This document shows, one piece after another, positions 50,889 to 64,000 of a stretch of DNA of 64,000 nucleotides. The DNA comes from Octopus sinensis (Eukaryota): NCBI RefSeq assembly GCF_006345805.1, contig NC_043007.1:56792001-56856000 (forward strand). Direction: 5' to 3'. A model generated the notes under the pieces. That model was not told the origin of the DNA. It ran no database searches and saw nothing but the letters and a program-made list of their open reading frames with translations. Both the position numbers and the translations under genes were made by a program. The first letter of the stretch is position 1. Every line of letters begins with the position of its first letter.

Positions 50889-51350
50889 GGCCGAGCCCAT
50901 TAAGAAATGCAATTTCAAAAACGAAAACTCCTGTCCGTTAGAAGGGAAATGTCTAGTGAAAGGAGTAGTTTATAGAGCCAAGGTGCAAATAGAAGGCTCA
51001 TCGGAATACAAGATATACACAGGGGCTTCAGAAAATTCATTTAAAACACGATTTTATTCACATAAAAATTCATTTAAATACCCAGAGAATAGGAAGAGGA
51101 CCAGCCTAGCAAAATATGTCTGGGAACTAAAAGAAAAGGAAACCCCACCTTTCAACGTGACATGGAGCATTCTGGACAGAGCGGCACCATACAGGCATGG
51201 AGCACACAGAAATAATTTTAAATGTAAGCTTTGCCTATTAGAAAAACTGTACATTTTATTCAAAGACAATAATTCTTTGAATCAAAGAAGTGAGCTAATG
51301 AACTTATGTAGACACGCAACTAAATTTAAAATGTCAAATATAAATATACC
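50887..51350 (+). mobile_element. Naiad-type Penelope-like element, GIY-YIG endonuclease C-terminus with open frame
   Basis: CNF..CPLEGKC..GVVYRAKV..IYTGAS..FKTRFYSH..SLAKYVWELK..W..CKLCLLEK..LNQRSELMNLCRH. Confidence 0.88.
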
Positions 51351-52495
51351 ATATGGATTGAGTATATATTTTGTATTTTTGATTTTTGAAATTTTGATTT
51401 TGACTCTTGAACTAGTATGTAAACGCGACGATGGATTTGTTTCGCGCTATGCAGATTTCATTCCGTATAGCAAAGTCTTATATTTCTACATATACATTAG
51501 GAAAAACCTTCGGCTTTGTTTATTTCATGTTATTGTATTGTATAGGATTACCTTGATTTTTAATTTATAGATGATCCAAAATAGGGTGTTATATTTTATA
51601 TGTCTTTCGTGTATTTTTCATTATTGCACTCGCCTTTTTTTAAAAAGCAATGTTGTCAAAAATTAGAATTTTTATATAAATATGTGTATAGCCGTGGATA
51701 TGTATTTGTAAGCATGCGTATCTGTGTATGTGTAAGTGAGTGTATGTTTGTGCTTAAGCACACACATACACGACTGTATGTGTATGTATCCATTCGAACT
51801 TGTGTATTTGTATACTTGTCTCCATATATGTCAATAACGCGGTTACACAGCTTGTTACATAATTTTTCTTATTTCGTTTTTTTCCCCACCCCTCCTTTTT
51901 CTTTTTCCTTCCCCCTTCTTCGTTCCTTTTTCTCTCTATTCCTTTCTTTCGCTTTTTTCTCTAACTGATACTGATACAACTTTACGTCCCCCTTACTTAA
52001 GCTTTACTCAGTAAATGAGAAACGCTACATCGATGATTTTAACTTGCGTGCGAGATAGATTGCGTACATATATGTATGCATGCATTTGTGTGTATATTTT
52101 AGATTTATATTTATACGTCTGTATATGTATGGCGTTTGCACGCATCCTTCTGTGTATGTTGATATATATATGTACACTTTAATATGAATATGTATTGCAG
52201 TGTAATATTTATAATAAGTTTTAATTTCTATGCATTAATTATATTTTCTTCATTAACGTCAATATGTATTTTATTCAATGTAAGGTTTTTTTCCTCGAAT
52301 TTTATAATTTTTTATAATTTTTATAATTTTTATATATATATATATATACATATATTTTTTAGCTCTTTTTTTGTTTATCGCTCGAAGATTGACCGTTATT
52401 TCTAAAGGGCCAATCAAACAAGTCCATTTTTTTAAAAAAGGTGTAGCGTTTGTAAGAGTCTGGATTGAATTGATATATCGGTTCCATTCTAGCAA

Positions 52496-52540
52496 AAACT
52501 GTCTGATGAACGGCAACGAGAAACTCAGAGTAACAGATTT
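52496..52540 (+). ncRNA. Type I minimal hammerhead ribozyme, intact core
   Basis: aaactgt-CTGATGA-acggcaacga-GAAA-ctcagag-TA-acagattt; stem I ctgt/acag. Confidence 0.7.
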
Positions 52541-52568
52541 TGTTGAATTTTCTGCTGCTTTAAATAAA

Positions 52569-52613
<45 letters not shown>

Positions 52614-52875
52614 TGTGTGTGTGTGTGTTGTGTGTGTGTGTGTGTGTAAATATAGAGAGAGAGATATGTATGTGTATGTTTGTCATTGTTCAATTTAATT
52701 TCAAGATTTCTTGCCAATAAAGTGCCTGTTTCTATGTATGTACTCTACGTGTGTATATGTATGTATATGTGTATATATGTTAATCGAACATTATAAACCA
52801 TAAAACAACAAATGTCAAAAGGGCGTACACATAGAATATATTAGGTTGACGTTCAGTATAAGATGGAAAAAAGAG

Positions 52876-52918
52876 TGGGTGTATAACGTTTCGAGCTTGG
52901 TTCTTCGTCAGAAAGAGG
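52876..52918 (-). ncRNA. Minimal hammerhead motif, core CUGACGA
   Basis: CTGACGAagaaccaagctcGAAAcgtTA. Confidence 0.6.
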
Positions 52919-53095
52919 AGAGTGAAAGGTTCGGAGAAGGGAAAAATGATCCATGTAAGCACGTGTGTAGTTACATTGCTGAAGTGATGTATGTATGTAT
53001 GTATGTATGTATGTATGTATGTATGTATGTATGTATGTATGTATGTATGTATGTATGTATGTATGTGTGTATGTGTGTGTGTGTATGTGTGTGTT

Positions 53096-53156
<61 letters not shown>

Positions 53157-54119
53157 TGTGTAGTGGTGATGATGTAACTCCGTCGATCGACGGTGAGGAT
53201 TCAGTTGTTCGATCAACTGAATTACCTGCTTCTGAATTAACATGCAAGTGGTTGAGTATTCCACAGACATGTGTACCGCTTACCTAATTCCTTGACAGAC
53301 CCAGTACGTAGCTTTTAAATTACAGGTACAATCGATCCGACGCGCTTTCATGCAGTGTCCTTCTGTTCAGCTTCGGAGGCTATAGGAAGTGACACTTGAC
53401 TACGGTGCTCAGCTGTTAAATCGGACTCGGGACCTGGAACCCAGAACCGGGAATCGCTTGGCCTGCTAGAATTGGTAGCCATGTCTCCCACAAATTATAC
53501 TCTACGGACTTAAATAATGAGGAACAATTTTGATAATGTAGTCCTAAATATACTATGAACAAAAGATGGTTCGCACACAATTTTTTTTTTTTTAATTGCT
53601 ACACAGATGTAGTTTAGTTTTCAGAAAAATCAGATTTGCTGTGTGAAACCGAAAACAGCATCCGAACGAGCTTTTTATTTATTTATTTATTTGTTTGTTA
53701 TTATTTATTATTTATTTATTTATTTATTTATTTATTCATTTATTTTCCAAATATGCAAAGTACAGATGCATCCGATAGGAACTTATATGAGGTAAAAACT
53801 GAAACTTGTCGGTAACAATCACTTTGCCTGATAACAAATAACAGGTTGCCACCAAAACATGTATATTAAAATGTTTTAAACTGAACTTTTAATTCTTGGA
53901 ATTATTTCCACTTTTCTGTGAGAATCGTTGACTATTACCACTAAGCTTTTGTTTATTTTCTGAAGCTAAGAGGATATTTTCAATTGAGAATTGTCTGATT
54001 ATAATATTCTTTTCTACTCAAGGCACAAGGCCTGAAATTTTGGGGGAGGGGACTCGCAACTGAAAGAATGAAAGGCAAAGTCGACTTCGGTGGAATTTGA
54101 ACACAGAACGTAAAGTCTT

Positions 54120-54710
54120 ATTACAATATTCAATACATCAATCCTTGCCTTTTGTATGGTATAAATTTAGCTTTAATGACCCATTTTTCATGAAATCTCC
54201 AAGTTTATAATTATCAACACCTTTCATCTTTCCTTCAACACGGCAGAAAGACGAACAACCCTCAGATTTAAACAAAAGAAAGCACAATTTAACTTCACAC
54301 CGACTCACAACATTTACATCACTGTTTTGGGAACAGATTACGCACTTATAATAAATGGATTGTTTTCAATATTCAAAGAATCATGAATTCGACCCAAGAA
54401 AGAACTTTTATAGATGTTGGTGCGTGTGATATCTGTCTGGGAGAATAATGTCAGTGTCTGTGAGTAATGCGCTTGGGAGTATGTGGTGTGATGTGTCATA
54501 TCACAGTGATGACTCACAATAATAAAATAATTTTCTTCCTCTTAAACACTATAGTTAATCGAGGGTTAAGACCAAACGGGGTTACGATTGATAGTATAAA
54601 TATCCCTCAACTCCACGAAAATGTTTCCCAACAAAACCTGACCCGAGGAAGAGCCGAGAATTTGTTGGTAAAGCCAGATGGCAGTTAACAACATCTTAAA
54701 TAACGTAAAC
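54120..54710 (-). mobile_element. Possible very decayed Naiad-type PLE fragment
   Basis: Weak motifs INYS..IIVSH, SIYYKCVI, KWVIKAKFIPY in the expected order. Confidence 0.4.
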
Positions 54711-54714
54711 AAGT

Positions 54715-54758
<44 letters not shown>

Positions 54759-54798
54759 CATACATACATACATACATACATACATTCATACATACATA

Positions 54799-54840
<42 letters not shown>

Positions 54841-55733
54841 ACAAATAAATGAATAAATAAATAAAAGTGGTTACTAAATAGGAGAGAGAGAGACTAAAAG
54901 AGGAGAGCAGTTAGGTGAGATGATGAAGGTATCAGTTCTGATAAGGGAAGTCTGTAAATAGTTGAAGGGAAAAGAAAGAAAACGATTCGAGTTAAAACTT
55001 GGTATCTGTTCGTGGTGAAACGAAAATAACAATTATCGCAGTGTCATCACCAGATAACAATTTTTAACAATCCGCTAAAATGTCAACATTGCTTACAGCG
55101 TTTATGCATGTGTGTGGATATTTGTGTGTGCGTGTTGAGGGGGGGGGGTGAATGGTGTGGTGTGTGTGCGCGCGTGCGTACGTATGTGTGCTTGTGTCCG
55201 TCTGTCCGTGTGTGCGCGTGTGTATGTGTAAATGATTGTATGTAAATTTATATAATATATATATGTATACGTATAAATGCATCATATACTCTAACGAAGA
55301 ATAGAGAACTATTCATCTTCAAAGCTTGTTTATTACAGTATTATTCTCAATAAATTCTCATTACATTTCAATCCGACACGTGTTTCTGCTGCATAAATGT
55401 CCTAATCTCCTTTTATGTAGCATTTATATGCATTTAGCATTTATATGCATTTGGTTCGTTTTTTGCAGTACCTATTCATCCAGGGTAGACATTCAAATAC
55501 AGGTATTTTTCAAGGTTTGACCCATGTAGGTGGGATAAGCGAACTGGGGAATTTAGTGTTATATAGTCTTTCTAATATTATACTCTAGGTGAGGAAATCA
55601 TAAAATTGTGCACATGATAGTAGAGATTGCTTTGAAATACGATATGGCTATAGTTTTAGTATCATTTAAACTTAGAATGACCTTTTAGAATTTGAGGGCA
55701 TAGATTATTTTATATACTTAGTATTATTGATTA

Positions 55734-56996
55734 TTGGGTTGGCAAAAATTTAATTTCGAATTTTTAGTGTGAACTGAAAGTCATTTTTTTTTCATACAAA
55801 GAATGAACTTGAAATCAATTATATATTTCCCATTTTGTTCGATGATATTTTGCCATCTTTCTGGCAATTTCATGATTCCGCGCTCATAGAACTTCTGGTT
55901 CTTATCAGCTAAAAACTGAAGCAGGTGCGATTTCAGGTCATCACCATTATTGAAAGTTTTACCATCCAAAGAATTTTGCAAACTTTGAAATAAATAGTAA
56001 TCTGATGGTGCAAGATCAGGGCTATATGGTGGTTGTGACATCATTTCCCAACCAAGCTCCAATAATTTTTCACGAGTTAATAAAGGCGTGTGTGGTTTAA
56101 CGTTGTCATGGTGGAATACGACTCCTTTACAGCTTGCTAATTTCGGCCGTTTTTCTTTGATTCCTCTAGTTTCATTAGTTGTTGACAGTAAACATCTGAA
56201 TTGATCGTTTGGTTCCTTGGAAGCAGCTCAAAATACACAACACCTTTGTAATCCCACAAAATTGACAACATGACCTTTTTTTATGTGCAATTCAGCTTTC
56301 GATGTGATTTGTGCTGGTTCATTATGCTTGAACTATGATCGTTTTTGATTGATATTATTGTAGACAATCCATTTTTCATCACCAGTGATGATTCGTTTCA
56401 AAAGGAAGGTCGATTTCATTGCGTTTGAGATGCATATCGCAAATATTAATTCGTTGTTAAGTAAATCTCTTTCGATTTATGTGGAACCCAAATATCGAGC
56501 TTCTTAACGAGTCCAAGACATTTTAAGTGATTTCCAGTTGCTGCGTATGATACATTTAACCTCTGCAATCTCTCGCAAATGACAATCAGATTTAATTATG
56601 GCTTTGATTCGGTCATCAACTTCAGTAGGTCGACCAAAACGTTGGTCACCTTTGAGTGAAAAATCTTCAGAACGGAATTTTTAAAACCATTTCTGACATG
56701 TGTGTTCTGTTAAGCAATCAACACCATAAACTTCACATATCCTTTTGTGAGCCTCAGCAGCTTTCTTGCTGAAATAAAAAAAGAAAAATATGGGGGAAAT
56801 GTTCGTTTTTGCACTCCATGTTAAAATTGACACTGAACTAACAGCTGTAAACAAAATTACGCGCAATTTGCTTCTAAAGTAAGCTTAAAGTAATGGCTAT
56901 CAAGTGTCAAAAAGAAAACATCATTACATTCACAAAAGTCATTCAAATAAATCGTAACTATTTGCGGAAAACGAAATTACTTTCTTGCCAACCGAA
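55734..56996 (-). mobile_element. Near full-length decayed mariner
   Basis: TIRs ttgggttggcaa..taatttcg / cgaaattac..ttgccaaccgaa with TA flanks; IITGDEKWI, HHDNVKPH, QPPYSPDLAPSDYYLF. Confidence 0.93.
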
Positions 56997-57199
56997 TAAA
57001 AGAAACTTCAATTAGGTCAGGATGCATTCACTTCACTAACCACTCATAATGAAGATAGAATGATACTGTATAATATAAACAGATAGCTTAAGAAGAATCA
57101 AAAGAAAGAGGAAATAAAAGGAGAATTAAAAACTAAAGAAGAATTATGTTTCTTATGAGATTGCTAAAAACTAACTAGAGCAAATTTACGATTTTTGAC

Positions 57200-59600
57200 T
57201 AGGCTCTCCGACTAAAATCCTTATTTGGAGTGTACTTAAATACGTTCCTAAAGACTGCGCGTATTTCAGAGTTAATTCGTAGTTAGAGGTAAATATATGG
57301 GATATTTCTTCCAGCAGAAATTACACTTCGAGTTCCCAATATTATATGGTGAAGCTCTACTAATTATTATCCATCTAATATCATATTTCGTGTTCTTATC
57401 CTTTAAAGACCAGATGAACCACCTCAAACCCGTACAATTAATTTTTCCCTATTTTTGAACGAAGAAAGGTGGTTGCACAATCTCTGCTTAAAGCCCGTAA
57501 ATCATTACCTTATGTAATATTTGTAAACGCCATCAGCTGTTACTGTCCATCTATAAACTATGTTTGTTTTATGTTTTTTTTCCTTCAAGCGAACATAATT
57601 TGTTCACACAGTTACGATGATATTTATTAATATTAACCCCATGCTTTCTACTGGCAGAAATACTCCGTCAATATCAGTACAGATTGCCCTATTATTATTA
57701 GTATTAGTAGTTTCGCTATAGGTTAAATCGGGCGTGTTATTATATACTTCACTCGGTTCAATTAATTCATCGTTTTCACTCCTATTGTTAGCCAAACGCG
57801 TATTTATTGTCCCGTTAGAGTCATTCATATATCATGTTCTGCTATATCTGTATAGTTATTACCACCAGTCACATTATTACTATTAATATTAATTTTACTA
57901 GGTTCTTATAATGTTCTTAACATTGTATACCGCAAGGTTCTTATTTATCGAAAAAGCAAACCTACTCATGTGCCGATTAAAAATCTGGCTCTACATGCTA
58001 GATAGAGGAAAGTGCCTATCTAATGCAGCGAAAAGTTTTGCAGGTATGTTTGTGGCTGTGTCCCAAAGATGGCATTGTACTGTAATATATGTCTAAATCT
58101 AGCTTTTCTTTTTGGTGAGGCGATCACTGTTTTTCTTTATAGTCCGTTTTTATGTCTATTGTATGTTTTCTTAAAAGGTCTATTACTATGTTTATTTTGG
58201 GGTTTACTTAATCATATCGTTATCCATTATGTGACTATTGTTATTATTAATTATTTTTGGCGTGGTGACTGGAAATCACATTATCCTTGTCGTGGTTCTC
58301 TGTTTTCCATTCACTTTTTTTATTGCCTACAGCTATTTTATTCATAACATGAACCTTATTCATATGCTCTTTGAGTTCATTCTTAGGTATATAGAATATT
58401 TTATCTTTATATCTAGCTTCAGCTAGGCCATTTCATTATAACTCTTCATTAGCAGATAGTCTAGATATACGAAGAGAAGTATTTATAACGATAGAACCAG
58501 TAGCATTCTTAGGTTGATTTGAGTGTTTACTTACGTATTTAAGTTTATCATTGGCTTTGTATTACGGTTGTGTTACGTACCCAAATCTAAATTAACATCT
58601 ACAAAGTTCGCCTTATTATGTTCATTTTCAATGGAAATAGACAAACCTGAACCTTTAAATAATTTGACGAGCTTTTTCTGGAATTTTTCTATATTTACAT
58701 TATAGTATTTATATACAGTAGAGAGAGAGTCATTTCCATACAATCCCACCCCTCGCAAATGCGGAAATTCACTATTAAGACATTTTAAAATATTAATTCC
58801 CTCTAATTCCATTACTTGAGCGAAATCGCTGGAGCCCATGTTAATGTCGAGCTGATCAGACCTATTTTTCTTCAAATTTAATTAAGGGTTTTTTGGTAGC
58901 CAGTATAATGTTCTTATTTAGATAAGATTGAGTTTCTTGTTACAGATATTAATGCTTTATTAATTAAAATTGGTTTAATTGATGCATAGTAATTATATAT
59001 GTTTAAGTGTATGAATTTAGTGTATTTCTATCCTTGATATCAGTAAACCAAATTATGACTTCATAAATCTAAACCATAATTTAAGTTTGATTAATTTTTT
59101 AAGTTTAGGTATATGTTTTTTTATAATACGCATTAATTTTGCCTATATCATTTTATTTTTGCGCAGGGAGGGATATATAGTTCTAACCAAAAGATTAATA
59201 ATGAAGTTAAGCCCTCAGGTTAAATCAAGGTTCTGTTCCACATGCTAAATGCTTATATTTTCTTTACTATTTTCTTTGCCTGTAAATTCATATTTGATAG
59301 ATTATTTTTCGAATTATTTTAGATTTTTTCAGAATTTCTTTCCTATTTAGAGAAGTATATAGATTATAATCAAAGTGGTTTATATTATCAGTTTTATCCA
59401 CGTCTACTAGAATTCCATGTTTCTTTTGTAGCTTCTTCACTAAAAGGTATAATATTGTTCCGAATAATATTCCAAAATTCTTCTTCAAATCCAGCGAGTT
59501 GTGGATTAGATAGTGGAATCCTCAAAGATTTAGGTATATAGTGTTTCCGTCATCGTCACTTCGTCACTTCTCTTTCCCATCAAAATGACAGGCTCAACAT
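57200..59600 (-). mobile_element. Decayed Naiad-type Penelope-like element (RT + GIY-YIG remnants)
   Basis: LVDVDKTDN, MGSSDFAQVMELEG..GLYGNDSL..FKGSGLSISIE..NFVDVNLDL (YRDD decayed), CSLEGK..NIVYR. Confidence 0.8.
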
Positions 59601-62600
59601 CTCATGCGGCGTATCAAAGAGTTAGTGTTATCAATAAGATTTTTTTTTAATATTCCTTTTTTGGGTAGTAATGGAATATTTTTGAAAGATTTGGAATCCT
59701 GGCAGGTAGCTTATTAGCGCTCTGGTATAATCCAGGTCCTGACTGACCACATCGAATGATAGGATACATTTAGAATTAAGATAAAAAAAGCATGCTTTGC
59801 AGCATTTCGTCCATCTTTACGTTCTGAGTTCAAATTTCCCCGAGGTTGACTTTACATTTCATCTTTTCGGGCTCGATAAAATAAGTATCAGTTGAACACT
59901 GGGGTCAAAGTAATCAACTTGACCCTTCCTCTGAAATTGCTTCCAATAACAAGAGAAAAAATAACTCAGTGATTTCCTTTCGCAGGGCATACCAAAATAT
60001 TTACACTCTGACTGGAGTATAGTCAATTATGGAATCGACTCTAAACATCGCGTTTTCTTGAGTAATTGTCAAATCTATTCTGCAATGAAATATATAATAT
60101 TCATATTTCTTCCTTTTAATTATTATTTGTTTTTCGTTTCGAATCATTTGAATATCCTTTCGTCGACTCATTTTAGTCACTTCTGACAAATATTCGGATT
60201 TTGAACTCGCTGTGGTGCATACATCTTGCATATTTCTAAGATTTAAAAAAAATAACCCTAATGGTATCTTTCAGCATTACCTAAATGTATCAAAACCAAT
60301 CTTTACACTACACTGTATAACAAAATCATTATTTTTTTTACTTGTCTTTGGTCAATAAGTGTTTGCTTCTATTTAGAAATATAAGGAAATGACTACTATT
60401 CCTTTCAGACTTTGCTTTTGTGACCTAGACATCAATATTTTGAAACTAATCATTACATTTCAGACAGATTTAGCGCCGAGTTGCTGAAGCAGAAATATCA
60501 TTATAACATATATTCTGCTCAATATCATAGATTTGCTTCTCAGTTGTTTGACCTCAACTTCTTGAGCTTGTCCCTTAATAGTTGACAATATGTGCATCTC
60601 TGATCATAAGCTGGAGTAATGGGGAAGCATCATAGCCATGTGCTGGGGTTTATATAAATGTAACAAAAGCAAAGTTTGAAGGAAATATTAACCATTTTTC
60701 ATACTTTCTAAGGGTAAGCAAATACGAAATAACAGTTGCTGCCCAAGGACAAAAATCGTGTTACACAGTGTTATCAGTAAACCAAGCATTCTTTGACATT
60801 AGCGATTTGGCAACAATACAATTGCGTAATAATCGGTTTTTTCTATTTTTTTAAGCGGCTGAAACTGTCTCGATGAATCAACATAAAGAAATATTGCCCC
60901 ATTTTTTAAGTCAGTCATTTCGACGTTAAGCTAATAATCTCAAAAATGGCTAGGTATATCCACTTGATGAGGTGATATTTGATTATTAATTGCCCAGTTT
61001 CCTAGTTTATAGTAGTTTAGTGCGATGGTCAATCATATATTCTTCTTATGCTGTTCACAAGTAAAGAAGCTTGTGTATATAGACAACGACCACGCTAAAG
61101 TTTGAGTACCCAAATATTTTATCGATGTATTTACAAATGTATAACCAATAAATTTTTTAAATCAATATCTAATGAACGCAATGGTAAGGAATCTATTGAA
61201 TATAACTTATTGGGTATTATAATGAAGTTAGTACAAGGGGAAATTAATCACCGCATATAATTATTATGTCTTACTGGACAAGTTAAAGTTAGCGCTTTTA
61301 TTAAGTACAACCTAAGCATGTTATTTACACGTGAAAGAAATGGGTAGAAAACTAATTGAGACAAGGGACATAGGTTCCCCAAGACACCTTAGCGGCTCTC
61401 TGGTTAGGTTGAATTTGTCTATAGCAGCTAACCATCCTAGAATCTTCAGCCAAACTGCTTGGTGGGGAAAAACTCGCATACTTCTCTTGAAGATTGCCGC
61501 CTCAGGTATAAATTAACCACTTCTGATTGGACAAGCCATATTTGCGAAGGCGTTAACTTCTATAACGAGACTCCTTTTATGGAAACTTCATGGTTCTAGA
61601 CCAGGAAAATATAATAGCCAGGGTTCGAATTACAGATGGGTTCTCGATATAGTAATAACCACACACATTTGAAACGTCTGTTCTAATATTTTACTGTGAG
61701 TGTGCGCAGAAATCTACATTACGCATAGATTTTACTTTTCTTTGCAAAGTGTGTGCATCCATGTGACTAACTATTGCTCCAATTTCTGCAAAATAAAAAA
61801 AATAAATTTCGATCTTATCTTGAAATTTTTGTGCGAGTATATTTATTCTTTCCCTGGTTATATGCGCACGCACAAGCGCACAGGTTAGAGGGCAGCACCA
61901 ACATCTTAGAATAGTTTTCGAAGAACAAACTTTCTGCCAATCTTTGCATCGCACTAGCATTACTAACAATCCTTGCCATATGAAGCACTAAACAATATCA
62001 TGTATGATATTTGAGACTATTGTGGAGTTTAAATAAATAGAAATATTTAATGTAACAACATTATTTTTAAAGTAAATAAAGAAAAGAGACCAGTAAATGA
62101 TATTATTTTTGGTTTTCAATTAACGCCGAACATAAGATACACATATGGGATAAAAGGCTAATGTGGGAGTGATTCAGTGTAGTTTCTTTAAACATAATCA
62201 GAGATCAAAGTTACATTAATCGTGTTTTCCCACCCTCTTAACTCGAGCCAACAGGGATGGAGGAATTTCAAGTAATAATAACAAAATATCTTGCCTACTT
62301 GTCCGACTACATATTTGTAGGAGAGAAAGAGAGAGAAGATTGAATCTACCTCACTATATAACGTGTGTTTATTGAAGCCAATGAAAGAGAGATTCTATTT
62401 GAACTGCTAGAAATAATAGTCAAATTCCCCTCAAATTACACCCTATTGTCATTTCTTTTAGTCACAAATGATAATGTAATCCTAGATATACAAAAAGATG
62501 GAATTATCACAGCTGTAATACCCATGTTCATACGTCTACTCACTTAAAGCTGACCTGTTTAAGAATATCAACAACTGTGACATTTATTTTATTGAATTCA

Positions 62601-63135
62601 CAATGATCAAATACAATGTCACTCTGGGTGGCTTTTATTAACCTTATGATGAAAACAAGAATTTCTTACATATGCACAAGGCTGCAAAAGTTTTAGAGGA
62701 AGGAGAATAGTTGGTTATATCCACACACCACATCCTCATACCTAGCTGGTTTTTGTTTTATCAACCCTGGAGCTAAGAAAAGCAAATTTGATGCTTGTGG
62801 GGTTAGAACTCAAAATGTAACTAAATACCACAAAAGTATTTTTATCCAACCCTCAACTAATAATGACAACACAAATACGTAACGTTCAATTGCCATGGGA
62901 GTGTGTATATATAAACATAATGTGGCAAACTATAATATATAAACATTAAGCTATATATAGGGTGATAGAATGATAGTGACCGAAATTGGCATAGGACCTT
63001 ATCGACAATCAATCTTCTTGAATAATTTCAATTGGATAAAACAACATCGACATCCAACCATCACTATGGAGTAACACATGATCTAGAGATTGTTCTGCAT
63101 AGATCTTTTAGGAATCATCAAGTCATGTACAGTCC

Positions 63136-64000
63136 ATCATCATCATCATCATCATCATCATTTAACGTCCGTTTTCCATGCTAGCATGGGTCGGACGATT
63201 TTGACTGAGGGCTGGCAACCAGATGGCAGCACCAGGCCCCAGTCTTGATCTGGCAGAGTTTCTAAAGCTGGATGCCCTTCCTAACGCCAACCACTCCGAG
63301 AGTGTAGTGGGTGCATTTTACGTGCCACCTGCACGGGGGCCAGTCAGGCGGTACTGGCAATGACTTCGCTCGAATCTTTTTACACGTTACCACCGGCACA
63401 GGTGCCAGTGAAGCGACGTTGGTAACGATCACGCTTTTACGTGCCACGGGTACGGAAACCAGTTGGCTGCTCTGCCAACGATCACGCTCGGATGGTGTTC
63501 TTGGCACCCTACTAGCACAGGCATAAGTGCCAGTAAGGCGACGCTGGTAACGATCATACTCGAATAGCCGCTCTGTCAACGATCACACTTGTATGGTGCT
63601 CTTTGCACCCCGCTAGCACGGATGCCAGTCATCGAAATAATTTTGATTTTGATTTTGATTTCACTTGCCTCAACAGGTCTTCGCAAGCAAAGTTTAGTGA
63701 TCAAAGAAGGAAAAGCTACGCATAAGCGGGCTGGTTATGCTTGGTTATGGTTTCATCTGGCTTGCCGGGTCTTCTCGAGCACAGCATATTTCCAAAAATC
63801 TCGGTCGCTAGTCATTTCCTTGGTAAGGCCTAATGTTCGAAGGTCGTGCTTCACAACTTCATCCCAGGTCAACCTCTTGCACAGGTTCCCTCAACTGCTA
63901 GGGTGTGGTACTTTTTCACACAACTATCCTCATCCATTCTCACCACATGACCATACCAGCGCAGTCGTCTCTCATGCACACCACATCTAATGCTTCTTAG
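63136..64000 (-). mobile_element. 3' end of an RTE-clade LINE with repeat-containing 3' region, V-domain-like motif and (GAT)n tail; continues past the right edge
   Basis: RRLRWYGHVVRMDEDSCVKK..VEGTCARG..TWDEVVKHDL..DRDFWK, stop at 63753-63755; ttggcgttaggaagggcatccagc; (CAT)n at 63136-63160. Confidence 0.88.

Noticed and set aside
50887-51350. Selenoprotein-type Naiad (in-frame UGA + SECIS)
   Set aside because: No in-frame TGA at the conserved Cys positions in this fragment, and no SECIS identifiable by eye.
63340-63630. CRISPR-like repeat/spacer pattern
   Set aside because: Irregular mosaic repeats in a eukaryotic LINE 3' region; no constant repeat-spacer period and no cas genes.

Overview
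AT-rich, microsatellite-saturated animal DNA with no recognisable host protein-coding gene, probably intergenic or deep intronic. The repeat make-up suggests an octopus or other coleoid cephalopod; this is inferred from remembered SINE/LINE signatures, not from a search. Nearly all interpretable sequence is decayed mobile DNA: five Tx1/L1-clade non-LTR pieces, several R4/Dong-type (RLE) 3' fragments, RTE and CR1-group LINEs, Penelope-like elements (Poseidon- and Naiad-type) with hammerhead ribozymes, four mariner elements, two MITE/foldback elements and at least three tRNA-derived SINE families. Most ORFs in the supplied track are microsatellite translations. The strongest signal is apparent target partitioning among retroelements. 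Two diverged Tx1 copies end at the same nucleotide inside the head of a tRNA-derived SINE. Another Tx1 family sits in (GATA)n. An ORF1-only (HAL1-like) Tx1 derivative, RLE elements and a 3x-C2H2 RTE all sit in (CATA/TATG)n. The window also holds a 600-bp retrozyme-like unit with an intact-looking hammerhead and a CR1 LINE/SINE pair sharing a covarying 3' hairpin. All coordinates were read by eye and are approximate at element edges.
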